64,000 bases of DNA from Acidobacteriota bacterium (GTDB lineage Bacteria > Acidobacteriota > UBA6911 > RPQK01 > JAJDTT01): the NCBI GenBank assembly GCA_965263035.1, contig OZ253580.1, positions 4,032,001-4,096,000 on the forward strand. Reading direction: 5' to 3'. Shown piece by piece: positions 36,229 to 45,886 of the stretch (position 1 is the first letter of the stretch; the number at the start of each line of letters is the position of its first letter). The notes under the pieces were generated by a model. That model did not search any database and was not told the origin of the DNA. It worked only from the letters and a program-made list of their open reading frames with translations. A program made the position numbers and the translations under genes.

Positions 36229-36296
36229 GATTCACCGCCCCGCATCGTCCCTTCCCGCATCGGTTGTTCACCCCGGCTCCGTCAGGAGCGCGCGAT

Positions 36297-37865
36297 ATGG
36301 ACCAGCTATCCGCAGTTATTCAGGTTCTCCTGGCCGTGGTCATGGCGGCCGCGATCGGGGGGTGGTATCTCCTCAAGACTCGCGTGGTGGACCGGCGGCT
36401 GGGAGAGGCTGACCGAAAGGCCCGTGAAATCAAGGAGAATGCAGCCAGGGAAGGGGAGCGGATCCGGAAGGAGAGTCTCCTCGAGGCCAAGGACCAGGTC
36501 TTCAAGTGGCGCACCGAGGCGGAGCGAGAGCTTCAGGAGCGCCGGCAGCAGAGCCAAGAGGTGGAACGCCGCCTGTCTCGGCGGGAAGAAGATCTGGAGC
36601 GGCGGGAGCGGCAGTTGCGCCGTCGAAATCGGGATTTCGAACAGCGTGTCAAGAAGCACCAGGGGCGCGAGACGCAGCTGGAAGAGGATCGGGAAAGAGT
36701 TCGCGAACTGGAGCAGGAGTGCTTCCATCGACTGGAAGCGGCCGCGGGCATGAGCATCGAGGAGGCCAAGCAATCCCTGCTCAAGTCGGTGGAAGCCGAG
36801 GCCATGAAAGAGGCTGTGGTCCTGGTCAAGAACGTGGAAGACGAGGCTCGTCGGAAGGCGGATCAAGAGGCGCGGAAGATCATCACCCAAGCCATCCAGC
36901 GATGTGCGGCCGAGCACGTGGTCGCGACCACGGTGTCCTCCGTGGATCTTCCTGCCGAGGACATGAAGGGCCGCATCATCGGAAGAGAGGGACGCAACAT
37001 CCGAGCCCTGGAACAGGCCACCGGCGTCGAGTTGATCGTCGACGACACACCCGAGGCCGTTATCCTCTCGGCCTTCGATCCCTATCGCAGGGCGATCGCC
37101 AAACTCTCCATCGAGCGTCTGATCCAGGATGGTCGTATCCATCCGGCCCGGATCGAGGAGGTGGTGGCCCAGGTCAAGCGCGATATGGAAAAGCACCTGC
37201 TCCACGAGGGGGAGCAGGTGGTCTTCGAGTTGGGGATCCACAACATGGATCCCGAGTTGGTTCAGCTCCTGGGGCGACTCAAGTACCGGACGAGCTACGG
37301 CCAGAACGTGCTCAACCACAGTCGCGAGGTGGGCTATCTGGCCGGCATCATGGCCCGCGAACTGGGAGCCGACGTTGAGGTTTGCAAGCGTGCCGGGTTG
37401 CTGCATGACGTGGGCAAGTCCATCGACCGGGACGTCGAACGAACTCATCTGCAGCTTGGTGTGGATATTGCCAAGAAATGCGGAGAGAGTCCCGACGTGG
37501 TCCATGCCATAGAAGCACACCATTTCGACGTCGAGTTCCGCACTCTGGAAGCCATGCTGGTGCAGGCCGCCGACGCCGTCTCCGCGGCACGGCCCGGGGC
37601 TCGCCGGGAGATGCTCGAGAACTACATCAAGAGGCTGGAACACCTGGAGACCATTGCCAAATCCTTCGACGGCGTGTCCAAGGCCTACGCCCTTCAAGCT
37701 GGCAGGGAGATCCGGATCATCGTCGAGAGCAGCGAGGTTTCTGACGAACAGACCTTCTGGCTCACCAAGGACATTGCCCGCCGGATCGAAGGTGAAGTCC
37801 AGTATCCAGGTCAGGTCAAGGTTACGGTAATCAGGGAGATGAGGGTGGTGGACTACGCTCGGTGA
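36297..37865 (+). CDS. rny: Ribonuclease Y
   Basis: N-terminal TM, coiled coil, KH MKGRIIGREGRNIR, HD GLLHDVGK, ARPGARRE. Confidence 0.97.
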   Translation: MDQLSAVIQVLLAVVMAAAIGGWYLLKTRVVDRRLGEADRKAREIKENAAREGERIRKESLLEAKDQVFKWRTEAERELQERRQQSQEVERRLSRREEDLERRERQLRRRNRDFEQRVKKHQGRETQLEEDRERVRELEQECFHRLEAAAGMSIEEAKQSLLKSVEAEAMKEAVVLVKNVEDEARRKADQEARKIITQAIQRCAAEHVVATTVSSVDLPAEDMKGRIIGREGRNIRALEQATGVELIVDDTPEAVILSAFDPYRRAIAKLSIERLIQDGRIHPARIEEVVAQVKRDMEKHLLHEGEQVVFELGIHNMDPELVQLLGRLKYRTSYGQNVLNHSREVGYLAGIMARELGADVEVCKRAGLLHDVGKSIDRDVERTHLQLGVDIAKKCGESPDVVHAIEAHHFDVEFRTLEAMLVQAADAVSAARPGARREMLENYIKRLEHLETIAKSFDGVSKAYALQAGREIRIIVESSEVSDEQTFWLTKDIARRIEGEVQYPGQVKVTVIREMRVVDYAR

Positions 37866-37913
37866 GTCGTATTCCGGACCCGTCGCATACGGTTCCGGAG
37901 AAAGAGTTTCCGA

Positions 37914-38738
37914 ATGAAGGTTTTTTTTGTAGGGGACATCGTGGGCAAGCGGGGGCGCAAGGTCGTTCGCCGCATGATCCCGGCTCTCCTTCGGCAGCAC
38001 GACATCGACCTGATCATTGCCAACGTGGAGAATTCCGCCGGAGGTTTCGGCATTACTCCGGCCATCGCTCGCGAGATCCTGGCCATGGGCGTGGACGTCA
38101 TGACGTCGGGCAACCATATCTGGGACAAGAAGGAAGTGCTGGAGTGCATGGGCAATGAACCCAGGTTGCTGCGTCCGCACAACTACCCGCCGGGAGTGCC
38201 GGGAAGCGGAGCCTATGAGGGTGTCACCCGTCAAGGCATTCGGTTCGGGGTTCTGAACCTGCAGGGCCGTGTTTTCATGCCCAACATTGACTGTCCCTTC
38301 CGGTGCGCCGAGGAGCAGGTCTCGCGACTCCGTAAGCGAACGGAGGTTCTGATCGTCGATTTTCACGCCGAGGCCACCTCTGAGAAACTGGCCCTGGGGT
38401 GGTTCTTGGACGGCAGGGTCTCGGCCGTGCTGGGAACCCATACCCACGTTCCCACGGCCGACACGAGGCTGTTCCCGAAAGGAACGGCGTACGTCTCCGA
38501 CGTGGGAATGACCGGCTGTTATGACTCCGTAATCGGTGTCAGTGTGGAGACTGCGCTGCCCCGTTTTCTGACCGGGATGCCCACGCGTTTCGCGGGCGCG
38601 ACCGGATTGGCCAGCCTGGCCTCGGTCCTGCTTGACATCGATGAGTCGACCGGTCTGGCGCGGTCTATCCGAAGGATTGGTCCCGACCTGCCCATGGGTT
38701 CCTCCGACGGATCGGCCGGGAGTGCTTCCGGCGGTTGA
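37914..38738 (+). CDS. ymdB: YmdB-like metallophosphoesterase
   Basis: GDIVG, NVEN, TSGNH, DFHAEATSEK, GTHTHV, DVGMTG. Confidence 0.94.
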   Translation: MKVFFVGDIVGKRGRKVVRRMIPALLRQHDIDLIIANVENSAGGFGITPAIAREILAMGVDVMTSGNHIWDKKEVLECMGNEPRLLRPHNYPPGVPGSGAYEGVTRQGIRFGVLNLQGRVFMPNIDCPFRCAEEQVSRLRKRTEVLIVDFHAEATSEKLALGWFLDGRVSAVLGTHTHVPTADTRLFPKGTAYVSDVGMTGCYDSVIGVSVETALPRFLTGMPTRFAGATGLASLASVLLDIDESTGLARSIRRIGPDLPMGSSDGSAGSASGG

Positions 38739-38739
38739 G

Positions 38740-41559
38740 TCAAGCCCGTTCCAGGGCCTGTTTCAGGAATCGCCCGGTGTAGGATCCGTCGGTGCGGGCG
38801 ATGGTCTCGGGGGTTCCCTCCGCAACCAGGTACCCGCCCCTATCTCCCCCCTCGGGACCGAGGTCGATGACCCAGTCGGCGCTTCGGATCACGTCCATGT
38901 TGTGCTCGACGATCACCACTGTGGCCTGCTTCGAGATCAGCCGATCCAGGGCTCGCAGGAGCTTCCGGATGTCGTCGAAGTGGAGCCCTGTGGTCGGTTC
39001 GTCGAGAATGAAGATCGAATTGGATCGGGTGGACTTGGCCAGGTAGGAAGCCAGTTTGATCCGTTGCGCCTCTCCTCCCGAAAGAGTGGTGGAGGATTGG
39101 CCCAGTTTCAGGTATCCGAGGCCCACCTCTTCCAACACCTTGAGCTTTTTCGAAAGGCGGGGAAAGGATCGAAAGAACTCCAGGGCCTCGGTCACGGTCA
39201 GGTCGAGCACCTGCGCGATATTCTTGCCCCGGACGCCGATTTCCAGGATCGTGGACTTGTATCGGCTCCCGCGGCAGTCTTCACACATCAGCTCCACGTC
39301 GGCCAGGAACTGCATGTTCACCGTAGAGAAGCCCGCTCCGTCACAGGTTTCGCAGCGGCCTCCCGGGATGTTGAAGGAGAAGTGGCCGGGACGGAAGTTC
39401 TGGCGCTGCGATGCCCTCTGTGATGCGAAGATCTGGCGAATTTCGTCGAACGCCTTGAGATAGGTGACGGGGTTGGAGCGCGGCGATTTCCCGATCGGCG
39501 ACTGGTCCACCAGCAGGACCTCCTCGACCTGTTCGGCGCCTTCTATGCTGTCGAATTTTCCGACCTCGCCCTTCCATTGGGACTTCAGTTTCTTCAAACC
39601 GGCGTAGATCACGTCCCCCACCAGGGTCGATTTTCCGGACCCTGAGACTCCCGTGATGCAGACCATCAGTCCCAGGGGCAGCCGCACGTCCAGATTCTTC
39701 AGATTGTGCTGGCGGGCTCCCCGGACGGTCACGAACCGGTCGCCGCAGGCGCGCCGGTAGAAAGGAGTGGGGACCCTGCGCTCGCCGCGAAGATATTGTC
39801 CGGTCAGGGAGTTGGCGGCGGACCGCAGGGAGTCCACGCTGCCGCTGTAGACCACGTAGCCTCCATGCACTCCGGGCCCGGGGCCCAGGTCCACCACCTG
39901 ATCCGCCGATTCGATCATTTCCCGTTCGTGCTCGACCACCACGATGGTGTTACCCAGGTCCCGCAGATTCCTCAGGATGGAGATGAGGCGCCGCGTGTCT
40001 CTGGGATGGAGTCCCACGGAGGGTTCATCGAGTACGTAGAGGGTTCCGGTCAGGGACGAACCCAAGGCCGCTGCCAACTGGATCCTCTGCATTTCACCCC
40101 CGCTCAGGGTGCTGGTGATGCGATCCAAGGCCAGGTACTCGAGCCCGACCTTCATCAGAAAATCGAGACGTTGCCGGATCTCTCTGAGCAGGGAATCCGC
40201 CACCGCCAGCTGACTCTCATCCAGGAGAAGCCGGCGAAAGAATTCCTGGATTTCCTGAATCGGCATGGAAGTGAGTTGAGAAATGCGGCGTCCTCCCAGC
40301 TGAACGTCTCTCGCCTCCTGGCAGAGGCGTTCTCCCGAACAGTCGGGGCACCGGGTGTATCTCCGGTATCGGCTGATCAGGATCCGGATGTGCATCTTGT
40401 ACTTCTTGCGTTCCAGGTAGGCGAAAAATCCCTTGACTCCCGGAAAGCCGTCGCTCCCGTCCCAGATCCGGCGCCGAACCGCCTCGGACAGATCCCGGTA
40501 AGGGACGTCCAACGGGATTCCCTCTCGAAGCGCGTACTCCTGCAGCTTCCTGCCGAATTTTCGATGGCGCGGTTTGTTGAAAGGGTCTACGGGTCCCTCG
40601 GCCAGCGTCCTTGCCGGGTCCGGAATGATGAGGTCCGGATCCAGGGTGATGGTGCTCCCGAAGCCATGGCAGGTTCGACAGGCTCCAAAGGGATTGTTGA
40701 AGGAGAACAGCCTGGGTTCCGGAACCCGATAGGAGATCCGGCAGTACTGGCATTCGAGCCGCTGGGTGAACTCCAGATCCCGCTCGGTGCTCCGGCCGTC
40801 CATCGAAAGGATCGAGATCCGGGCGGCCCCTCCACCGTGGTGAAAACAGGTCTCCAGGGAATCGCTCAATCGTTGGCGCGCGGTGTCTCGAACCACAACT
40901 CGATCGACCAGCACGCGAGCCCTCGAAAGCTCGGCGACCGGCGGTCCGTCCTGGACCTGGACCACCCGGAGGCGTCCCGCTTCTTCCAGCACGAGGCGAT
41001 GGAATCCCTGTTTCATCAGTTGGCCGGCCAGCTCCTTGGAGGGCGCGTCGCGTTCCGGCTGCAGGATGGACCCGGCCAAGGAAAAGCAGAGATAGAGCCG
41101 AGTGGCCTCCGGGAGCCGAAGCAGTTGTTGCACCACCTGCTCCACGGTGTCGCGCTTCACCTGCCGGCCGCAGCCACGACAGACCAGAGTTCCGATACGG
41201 GCGTAGACGAGACGGAGGTGGTCGTAGATCTCGGTGACGGTTCCCACCGTCGATCTGGGGTTTCGGGAGATCTTCTTCTGCCGGATGGCGATGGCAGGAC
41301 TGAGCCCCTCGATCTCCCGGACCAGGGGCTTGCGGATCCGTTCCAGGAATTGCCGGGCGTAAGCCGACAATGACTCCACGTAGCGGCGCTGACCTTCGGC
41401 ATACAAGGTGTCGAACGCCAGCGAAGACTTGCCCGATCCGCTGACGCCGGTGATCACCGTGAGCCGGTTGATTGGGATCCGAAGATCGATGTTCTTCAGA
41501 TTGTTCTGGCGCGCTCCCGCGATTCGGATCCAAGCGCCGTCATGCTCGTCGCTATTCAT
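38740..41559 (-). CDS. uvrA: Excinuclease ABC subunit A
   Basis: GARQNNLK, two GVSGSGKS, AEGQRRYVESLS, zinc fingers, LSGGE twice. Confidence 0.95.
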   Translation of the reverse strand: MNSDEHDGAWIRIAGARQNNLKNIDLRIPINRLTVITGVSGSGKSSLAFDTLYAEGQRRYVESLSAYARQFLERIRKPLVREIEGLSPAIAIRQKKISRNPRSTVGTVTEIYDHLRLVYARIGTLVCRGCGRQVKRDTVEQVVQQLLRLPEATRLYLCFSLAGSILQPERDAPSKELAGQLMKQGFHRLVLEEAGRLRVVQVQDGPPVAELSRARVLVDRVVVRDTARQRLSDSLETCFHHGGGAARISILSMDGRSTERDLEFTQRLECQYCRISYRVPEPRLFSFNNPFGACRTCHGFGSTITLDPDLIIPDPARTLAEGPVDPFNKPRHRKFGRKLQEYALREGIPLDVPYRDLSEAVRRRIWDGSDGFPGVKGFFAYLERKKYKMHIRILISRYRRYTRCPDCSGERLCQEARDVQLGGRRISQLTSMPIQEIQEFFRRLLLDESQLAVADSLLREIRQRLDFLMKVGLEYLALDRITSTLSGGEMQRIQLAAALGSSLTGTLYVLDEPSVGLHPRDTRRLISILRNLRDLGNTIVVVEHEREMIESADQVVDLGPGPGVHGGYVVYSGSVDSLRSAANSLTGQYLRGERRVPTPFYRRACGDRFVTVRGARQHNLKNLDVRLPLGLMVCITGVSGSGKSTLVGDVIYAGLKKLKSQWKGEVGKFDSIEGAEQVEEVLLVDQSPIGKSPRSNPVTYLKAFDEIRQIFASQRASQRQNFRPGHFSFNIPGGRCETCDGAGFSTVNMQFLADVELMCEDCRGSRYKSTILEIGVRGKNIAQVLDLTVTEALEFFRSFPRLSKKLKVLEEVGLGYLKLGQSSTTLSGGEAQRIKLASYLAKSTRSNSIFILDEPTTGLHFDDIRKLLRALDRLISKQATVVIVEHNMDVIRSADWVIDLGPEGGDRGGYLVAEGTPETIARTDGSYTGRFLKQALERA

Positions 41560-41664
41560 TGAAACATGCGAGTCTATCACCGATCCGAACCAGGCATCAG
41601 GACTTGGGATTAGTGGTTGGCGATTCGGAATTCGGCCTCCTTGCCCCGTGGTATAGTGCCCCCA

Positions 41665-42633
41665 ATGAGAGTCACTTCGGTCTTTCCGAGCGCGGCGCTT
41701 CCGGCGGGAATCGTCCGGATCGAGCTCGATTCTCCGGACAACGTTCCGGCCCGAGCCGTTGACGTGGGCGGAGCGGTTGCCTCCATCATGGTTGCCTCGC
41801 CCCGGGCGTTGACCATCCGCATCCCCGAAACCGCGGGCCACGGGATCGCGGTTCACAATCACGCCGTGGCCCGAGCGGAACTGAACGTCGGCCGCGCCAT
41901 CGCTTCGGATCTCCAGCCGGTCTCCAATCCGGTGTTGGACGCTTTCGGAAACGTCTACGTGACCTACAGCGGGACTCGCGGGGAGAAGGTTCCATTCAGC
42001 GTATTCGTCGTCTATGCCGACGGCAGCAAGCATCCATTTCTGGCGGACATCATCAACCCGACCGGCTTGGCGATCGGTCCCGACGATTTCCTCTACATCA
42101 GCAGCCGCCATACCGGGTCCATATATCGATCGACGTTCGACCGCCAAGTGGAGAAATTTGCCGACGGGTTGGGTTTGGCCTCCGGTCTGGTCTTCTCCCC
42201 CGCGGGCGACCTCTATGTCGGCGACCGAAGTGGATTCATCTACAGGATCTCACCGAAACGGGAAACCTCGGTCGTGTGTGAGTTGGAGCCGAGTGTCTCC
42301 GCCTACCATCTGGCGTGGGGGCCCGATGACAGGCTCTACGTCACCGGCCCGACTCTGGCCACACAGGACTGTGTGTATCGCGTCTCGCCCGAAGGAGAAG
42401 TGGAAGTGTTCTTCAGGGGCGTGGGGAGACCCCAGGGCCTGGCGTTCGACGCCGGCGGAACCCTCCATATCGCTGCTTCCTACCGGGGCAGAAGGGGCCT
42501 CTTCGCCGTGGACCGCGAGGAAGCCCGCTTGGTGGTGTCCGGTCCCATGCTGGTGGGTCTCGCGTACAGTGAGGACGGACGCCGCCTCTACCTGGTGGAC
42601 GGATCGCGCCTGTATCAGATAGAGCTGAGTTGA
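41665..42633 (+). CDS. SMP-30/gluconolactonase- or NHL-like beta-propeller protein
   Basis: Repeats NPTGLAIGPD, SGLVFSPAGDLYV, PQGLAFDAGG; TGgTATAGT -10 element about 7 nt before the ATG. Confidence 0.8.
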   Translation: MRVTSVFPSAALPAGIVRIELDSPDNVPARAVDVGGAVASIMVASPRALTIRIPETAGHGIAVHNHAVARAELNVGRAIASDLQPVSNPVLDAFGNVYVTYSGTRGEKVPFSVFVVYADGSKHPFLADIINPTGLAIGPDDFLYISSRHTGSIYRSTFDRQVEKFADGLGLASGLVFSPAGDLYVGDRSGFIYRISPKRETSVVCELEPSVSAYHLAWGPDDRLYVTGPTLATQDCVYRVSPEGEVEVFFRGVGRPQGLAFDAGGTLHIAASYRGRRGLFAVDREEARLVVSGPMLVGLAYSEDGRRLYLVDGSRLYQIELS

Positions 42634-43802
42634 CCCGGCCCGGCCCTTCTCGCCAGAACTCCTTCCGGGTCGAGCGGAAGGACCCCTGCAGCCACGCCCG
42701 TTGCGGTGTGTTGGAGACCGTTCACGGTGCGGTCGAGACGCCGGTGTTCATGCCGGTGGGAACCGCCGCCACGGTCAAGGCCATGTCCCCCGACGCCTTG
42801 GAGGAGATGGGGTCCCGGATCATCCTGGCCAATGCGTACCATCTGTATCTTCGTCCCGGCGAGGCCGTGGTGGAGAGGATGGCGGGTCTGCACCGCTACA
42901 TGTCGTGGAATCGAGGCATTCTGACCGACAGCGGCGGGTACCAGGTCTTCAGCCACCGGAGGCTCAGAACCATTCGGGAGGATGGCGTCGAGTTCCGCTC
43001 ACACCTGGACGGAAGCCTCCATTTTCTGAGTCCGGAGGATGTGGTCCGGATCCAGGAGACTCTGGGCTCCGACATCGCCATGGTCCTGGATGAGTGTACG
43101 CCCTATCCCGTGAACCGGGAACGGGCTCGGAGTTCCATGGACCGGTCGATGCGTTGGGCCCGCCGTTCGAAGGATCGGCATCGGAACCGCGGGCAGATGC
43201 TCTTCGGCATCGTACAGGGAAGCATGTATCCCGAACTTCGCCGGGAGAGTCTCGAGCGGCTCGTGGAGATGGACTTTCAGGGACTGGCGCTGGGAGGGTT
43301 CAGCGTGGGCGAACCGAAGCAGCTCATGTATGACCTGGTCCAAGAGCTGGGCCCGCGTATGCCGGCGGACCTGCCCCGCTACCTGATGGGCGTGGGAACG
43401 CCTCTGGATCTTCTGTTTTGCGTCCGGCAGGGAATCGACATGTTCGATTGCGTGCTGCCGACGCGGAATGCCCGCAACGGCACTCTCTTCACCTCCCGGG
43501 GACGGCTGAACATCAGGAACGCGACCTATCGGACCCAGGAAGATGCGTTGGACCCCGAGTGCGCGTGCCGGGTCTGCCGGCGTTTCAGCCGCGCCTACCT
43601 GAGGCACCTCCACGTCTCCGGAGAGATCCTTTCCCTGGTTCTGAACACCTACCACAACCTCTACTTTTACCTTGACTTGATGGGCAAAATCCGCCAGAGT
43701 ATCGCGTCCGGATCACTCCTCGAATTGGAGAATCATTACCGGGATCAGTACCGTGCAGCGGTGCGCGGTGATGAACCCTCTCAAACAGAGAAACAACCAT
43801 GA
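42630..43802 (+). CDS. tgt: tRNA-guanine transglycosylase
   Basis: TPVFMPVGT, LTDSGGYQVFS, GIVQG, PRYLMGVG, DMFDCVLPTR, CACRVC. Confidence 0.97.
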   Translation: MTRPGPSRQNSFRVERKDPCSHARCGVLETVHGAVETPVFMPVGTAATVKAMSPDALEEMGSRIILANAYHLYLRPGEAVVERMAGLHRYMSWNRGILTDSGGYQVFSHRRLRTIREDGVEFRSHLDGSLHFLSPEDVVRIQETLGSDIAMVLDECTPYPVNRERARSSMDRSMRWARRSKDRHRNRGQMLFGIVQGSMYPELRRESLERLVEMDFQGLALGGFSVGEPKQLMYDLVQELGPRMPADLPRYLMGVGTPLDLLFCVRQGIDMFDCVLPTRNARNGTLFTSRGRLNIRNATYRTQEDALDPECACRVCRRFSRAYLRHLHVSGEILSLVLNTYHNLYFYLDLMGKIRQSIASGSLLELENHYRDQYRAAVRGDEPSQTEKQP

Positions 43803-44095
43803 CGGAGTCACTCCTGCTGGCCCAGCAATCCGGTTCGTCCTGGGCCGGTTTCCTTCCCATTCTGCTGCTGGTGGCGATCTTCTACTTCATGCTCTATCGG
43901 CCGATGCAAAAGCGGAAGAAGAACCATGAGGAGATGATCGGCTCCCTCAAGTCCGGCAGCAGGGTGATCACCAGCGGTGGCGTTCATGGAACCGTCGTGG
44001 CCGTCAAGGACCACACGGTCATGCTGAAGGTGGCTGACCAGGTCAAGATCGAGGTGACCAAGAGCGCCATCTCCTCACGGCAACTGTCCGACTAG
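43799..44095 (+). CDS. yajC: Preprotein translocase subunit YajC
   Basis: FYFMLYRP, VITSGGVHGTV; synteny with tgt and secD. Confidence 0.95.
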   Translation: MTESLLLAQQSGSSWAGFLPILLLVAIFYFMLYRPMQKRKKNHEEMIGSLKSGSRVITSGGVHGTVVAVKDHTVMLKVADQVKIEVTKSAISSRQLSD

Positions 44096-44258
44096 GAGTC
44101 TGCGCGGTAGAAATGATCGTAGCGAGAAAGTGGGGAATCGAGGCCAGATTTTCTCGATTTGGAGGTGCATAGTTGTTCTATTCGCCGAGAAATCGGGGAA
44201 ATATGGACCGATTCTACCGCTTTCGCAGTAGGTCAATTTCTGCGGCGCAGGCTCCTAG
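44092..44258. mobile_element. 167-bp MITE-like element, copy 1
   Basis: CTAG on both flanks; TIRs GAGTCTGCGCGGTAGAAAT / GAGCCTGCGCCGCAGAAAT (16/19); near-identical inverted copy at 63089-63255. Confidence 0.88.
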
Positions 44259-44292
44259 CCCGTTTGACATCGTAATTTCAAGCTGAAGCAAA

Positions 44293-45879
44293 ATGAAGAG
44301 GAAACTTCAGTACCGATTACTCTTTACCCTGGCCGTCTTCGCGGTCAGCGTCTATTTCTTCTACCCTCCCTCCGAGAAGGTCAAGCTGGGTCTGGATCTC
44401 AAGGGTGGGATTCACCTGGTGCTTCAGGTCATCATCGACGACGCTCTCAAGGCGGAGGCGCACCTGTTGAGAGATCGCCTGGCGCGGGCGCTCGAGGAAG
44501 GGGAGGCCGTCTTCCAGGAGATCCGGGTCAATCCACAACTGGAGATCGAGATCCTGGGGGTGCCGGAGGAATCAGCCGACGTCGTCGAGGGTCAACTGGA
44601 CGGATATTCGGGGGGCTACAGCTACCGGACCCGGTTCAATCAGGGCCGGCAGGACTACACTCTCGGGATCAGTTCGGCGTATCGCAAGGAGTTGGCCAAC
44701 CTGACGGTCCGGCAGGCTCGGGAGACGATTCAGAACCGAGTGGACCAATACGGCGTCGCCGAGCCTACCATCACCGTCTATGGAAGTGGAGACGTCCAGG
44801 ACCAGATCATCGTCGAGTTGCCGGGAGTCGAAGATCCGGACCGGGTGATCAAACTCATCCGCAGCACGGCGAGACTGGAACTGAAGCTGGTGCATCCGGC
44901 CCGCGGCGGCCCGTATGCGACTCGACAGGCGGCGGAAGACGTTTTCGACGGGTCGGTGCCGGGCGAGTACGAGATTCTGCCCTATCGGAATTCCGCGGAA
45001 ATCGGGCGCCAGACGCAGTACATGGTGGTCCGCAGGGCGGCGACCATCAGCGGCCAGCACATGAAGAACGCCCGGCGAACCCAGGACAGCTTCACCGGGC
45101 GCTGGAACGTGACCTTTTTTCTGAACTCGGAGGGGCGCCAGTTGTTTGCGCCCGCCACCGAACAGAACGTGGGCAATCCTCTGGCCATCGTGCTGGACGG
45201 CGAGATCCGAACCTTTCCCAATATCAGTGAGAAGATCGACACGGAGTCGGCCCAGATCACCGGAAACTATACGCCGGAAGAGGCAGAGGATCTGGCGCTG
45301 GTGCTTCGATCGGGCGCTCTCCCCGCCGCCATCCGGATCATCGAGAACCAGATCATCGGACCCTCTCTGGGGATGGACTCGATTCGTAGCGGCCTGTCGG
45401 CGTCCGCATTGGGACTCCTCCTGGTGATCGTCACGGTCCTGTTCATCTATCGCTTTTCCGGCGTCAATGCCGTGGTCTGCCTGATATTGAATCTGGTGAT
45501 CCTGGTGGGAGTTCTGGCCTACTTCAGGGCGACGCTGACTCTGCCCGGAATCGCCGGGATCATCCTGACCATCGGCATGGCCATCGACGCCAACATTCTC
45601 ATATTCGAGCGCATCAAGGAGGAGTTGAGGCTGGGGAAGACGGTCCGGTCGGGGGTCGAAGCGGCGTTCGGACGCGTGTTCATCACCATTCTGGACACCA
45701 ATATCACGACCTTGATCGGGTCCCTCTTTCTGTTCCAATTCGGTACTGGACCCATACGTGGATTTGCGGTGACTCTTTCGGTGGGACTGGTGGCGAACAT
45801 CTTCACCGCGACCTTCGTCTCCCGCACCCTTTTCGGCCTGATGCTTCAGGGAAAACCGCGAGAAACGCTGTCGATCTGA
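44293..45879 (+). CDS. secD: Protein translocase subunit SecD
   Basis: LGLDLKGG, GVAEP, VELPG, LRSGALPA, GPSLG, GMAIDANILIFERIKEE. Confidence 0.98.
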   Translation: MKRKLQYRLLFTLAVFAVSVYFFYPPSEKVKLGLDLKGGIHLVLQVIIDDALKAEAHLLRDRLARALEEGEAVFQEIRVNPQLEIEILGVPEESADVVEGQLDGYSGGYSYRTRFNQGRQDYTLGISSAYRKELANLTVRQARETIQNRVDQYGVAEPTITVYGSGDVQDQIIVELPGVEDPDRVIKLIRSTARLELKLVHPARGGPYATRQAAEDVFDGSVPGEYEILPYRNSAEIGRQTQYMVVRRAATISGQHMKNARRTQDSFTGRWNVTFFLNSEGRQLFAPATEQNVGNPLAIVLDGEIRTFPNISEKIDTESAQITGNYTPEEAEDLALVLRSGALPAAIRIIENQIIGPSLGMDSIRSGLSASALGLLLVIVTVLFIYRFSGVNAVVCLILNLVILVGVLAYFRATLTLPGIAGIILTIGMAIDANILIFERIKEELRLGKTVRSGVEAAFGRVFITILDTNITTLIGSLFLFQFGTGPIRGFAVTLSVGLVANIFTATFVSRTLFGLMLQGKPRETLSI

Positions 45880-45886
45880 GGGATCC

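Noticed and set aside
38740-42147. 1135-aa UvrA with a novel N-terminal extension
   Set aside because: The extension is antisense to the beta-propeller gene; homology starts near 41559.
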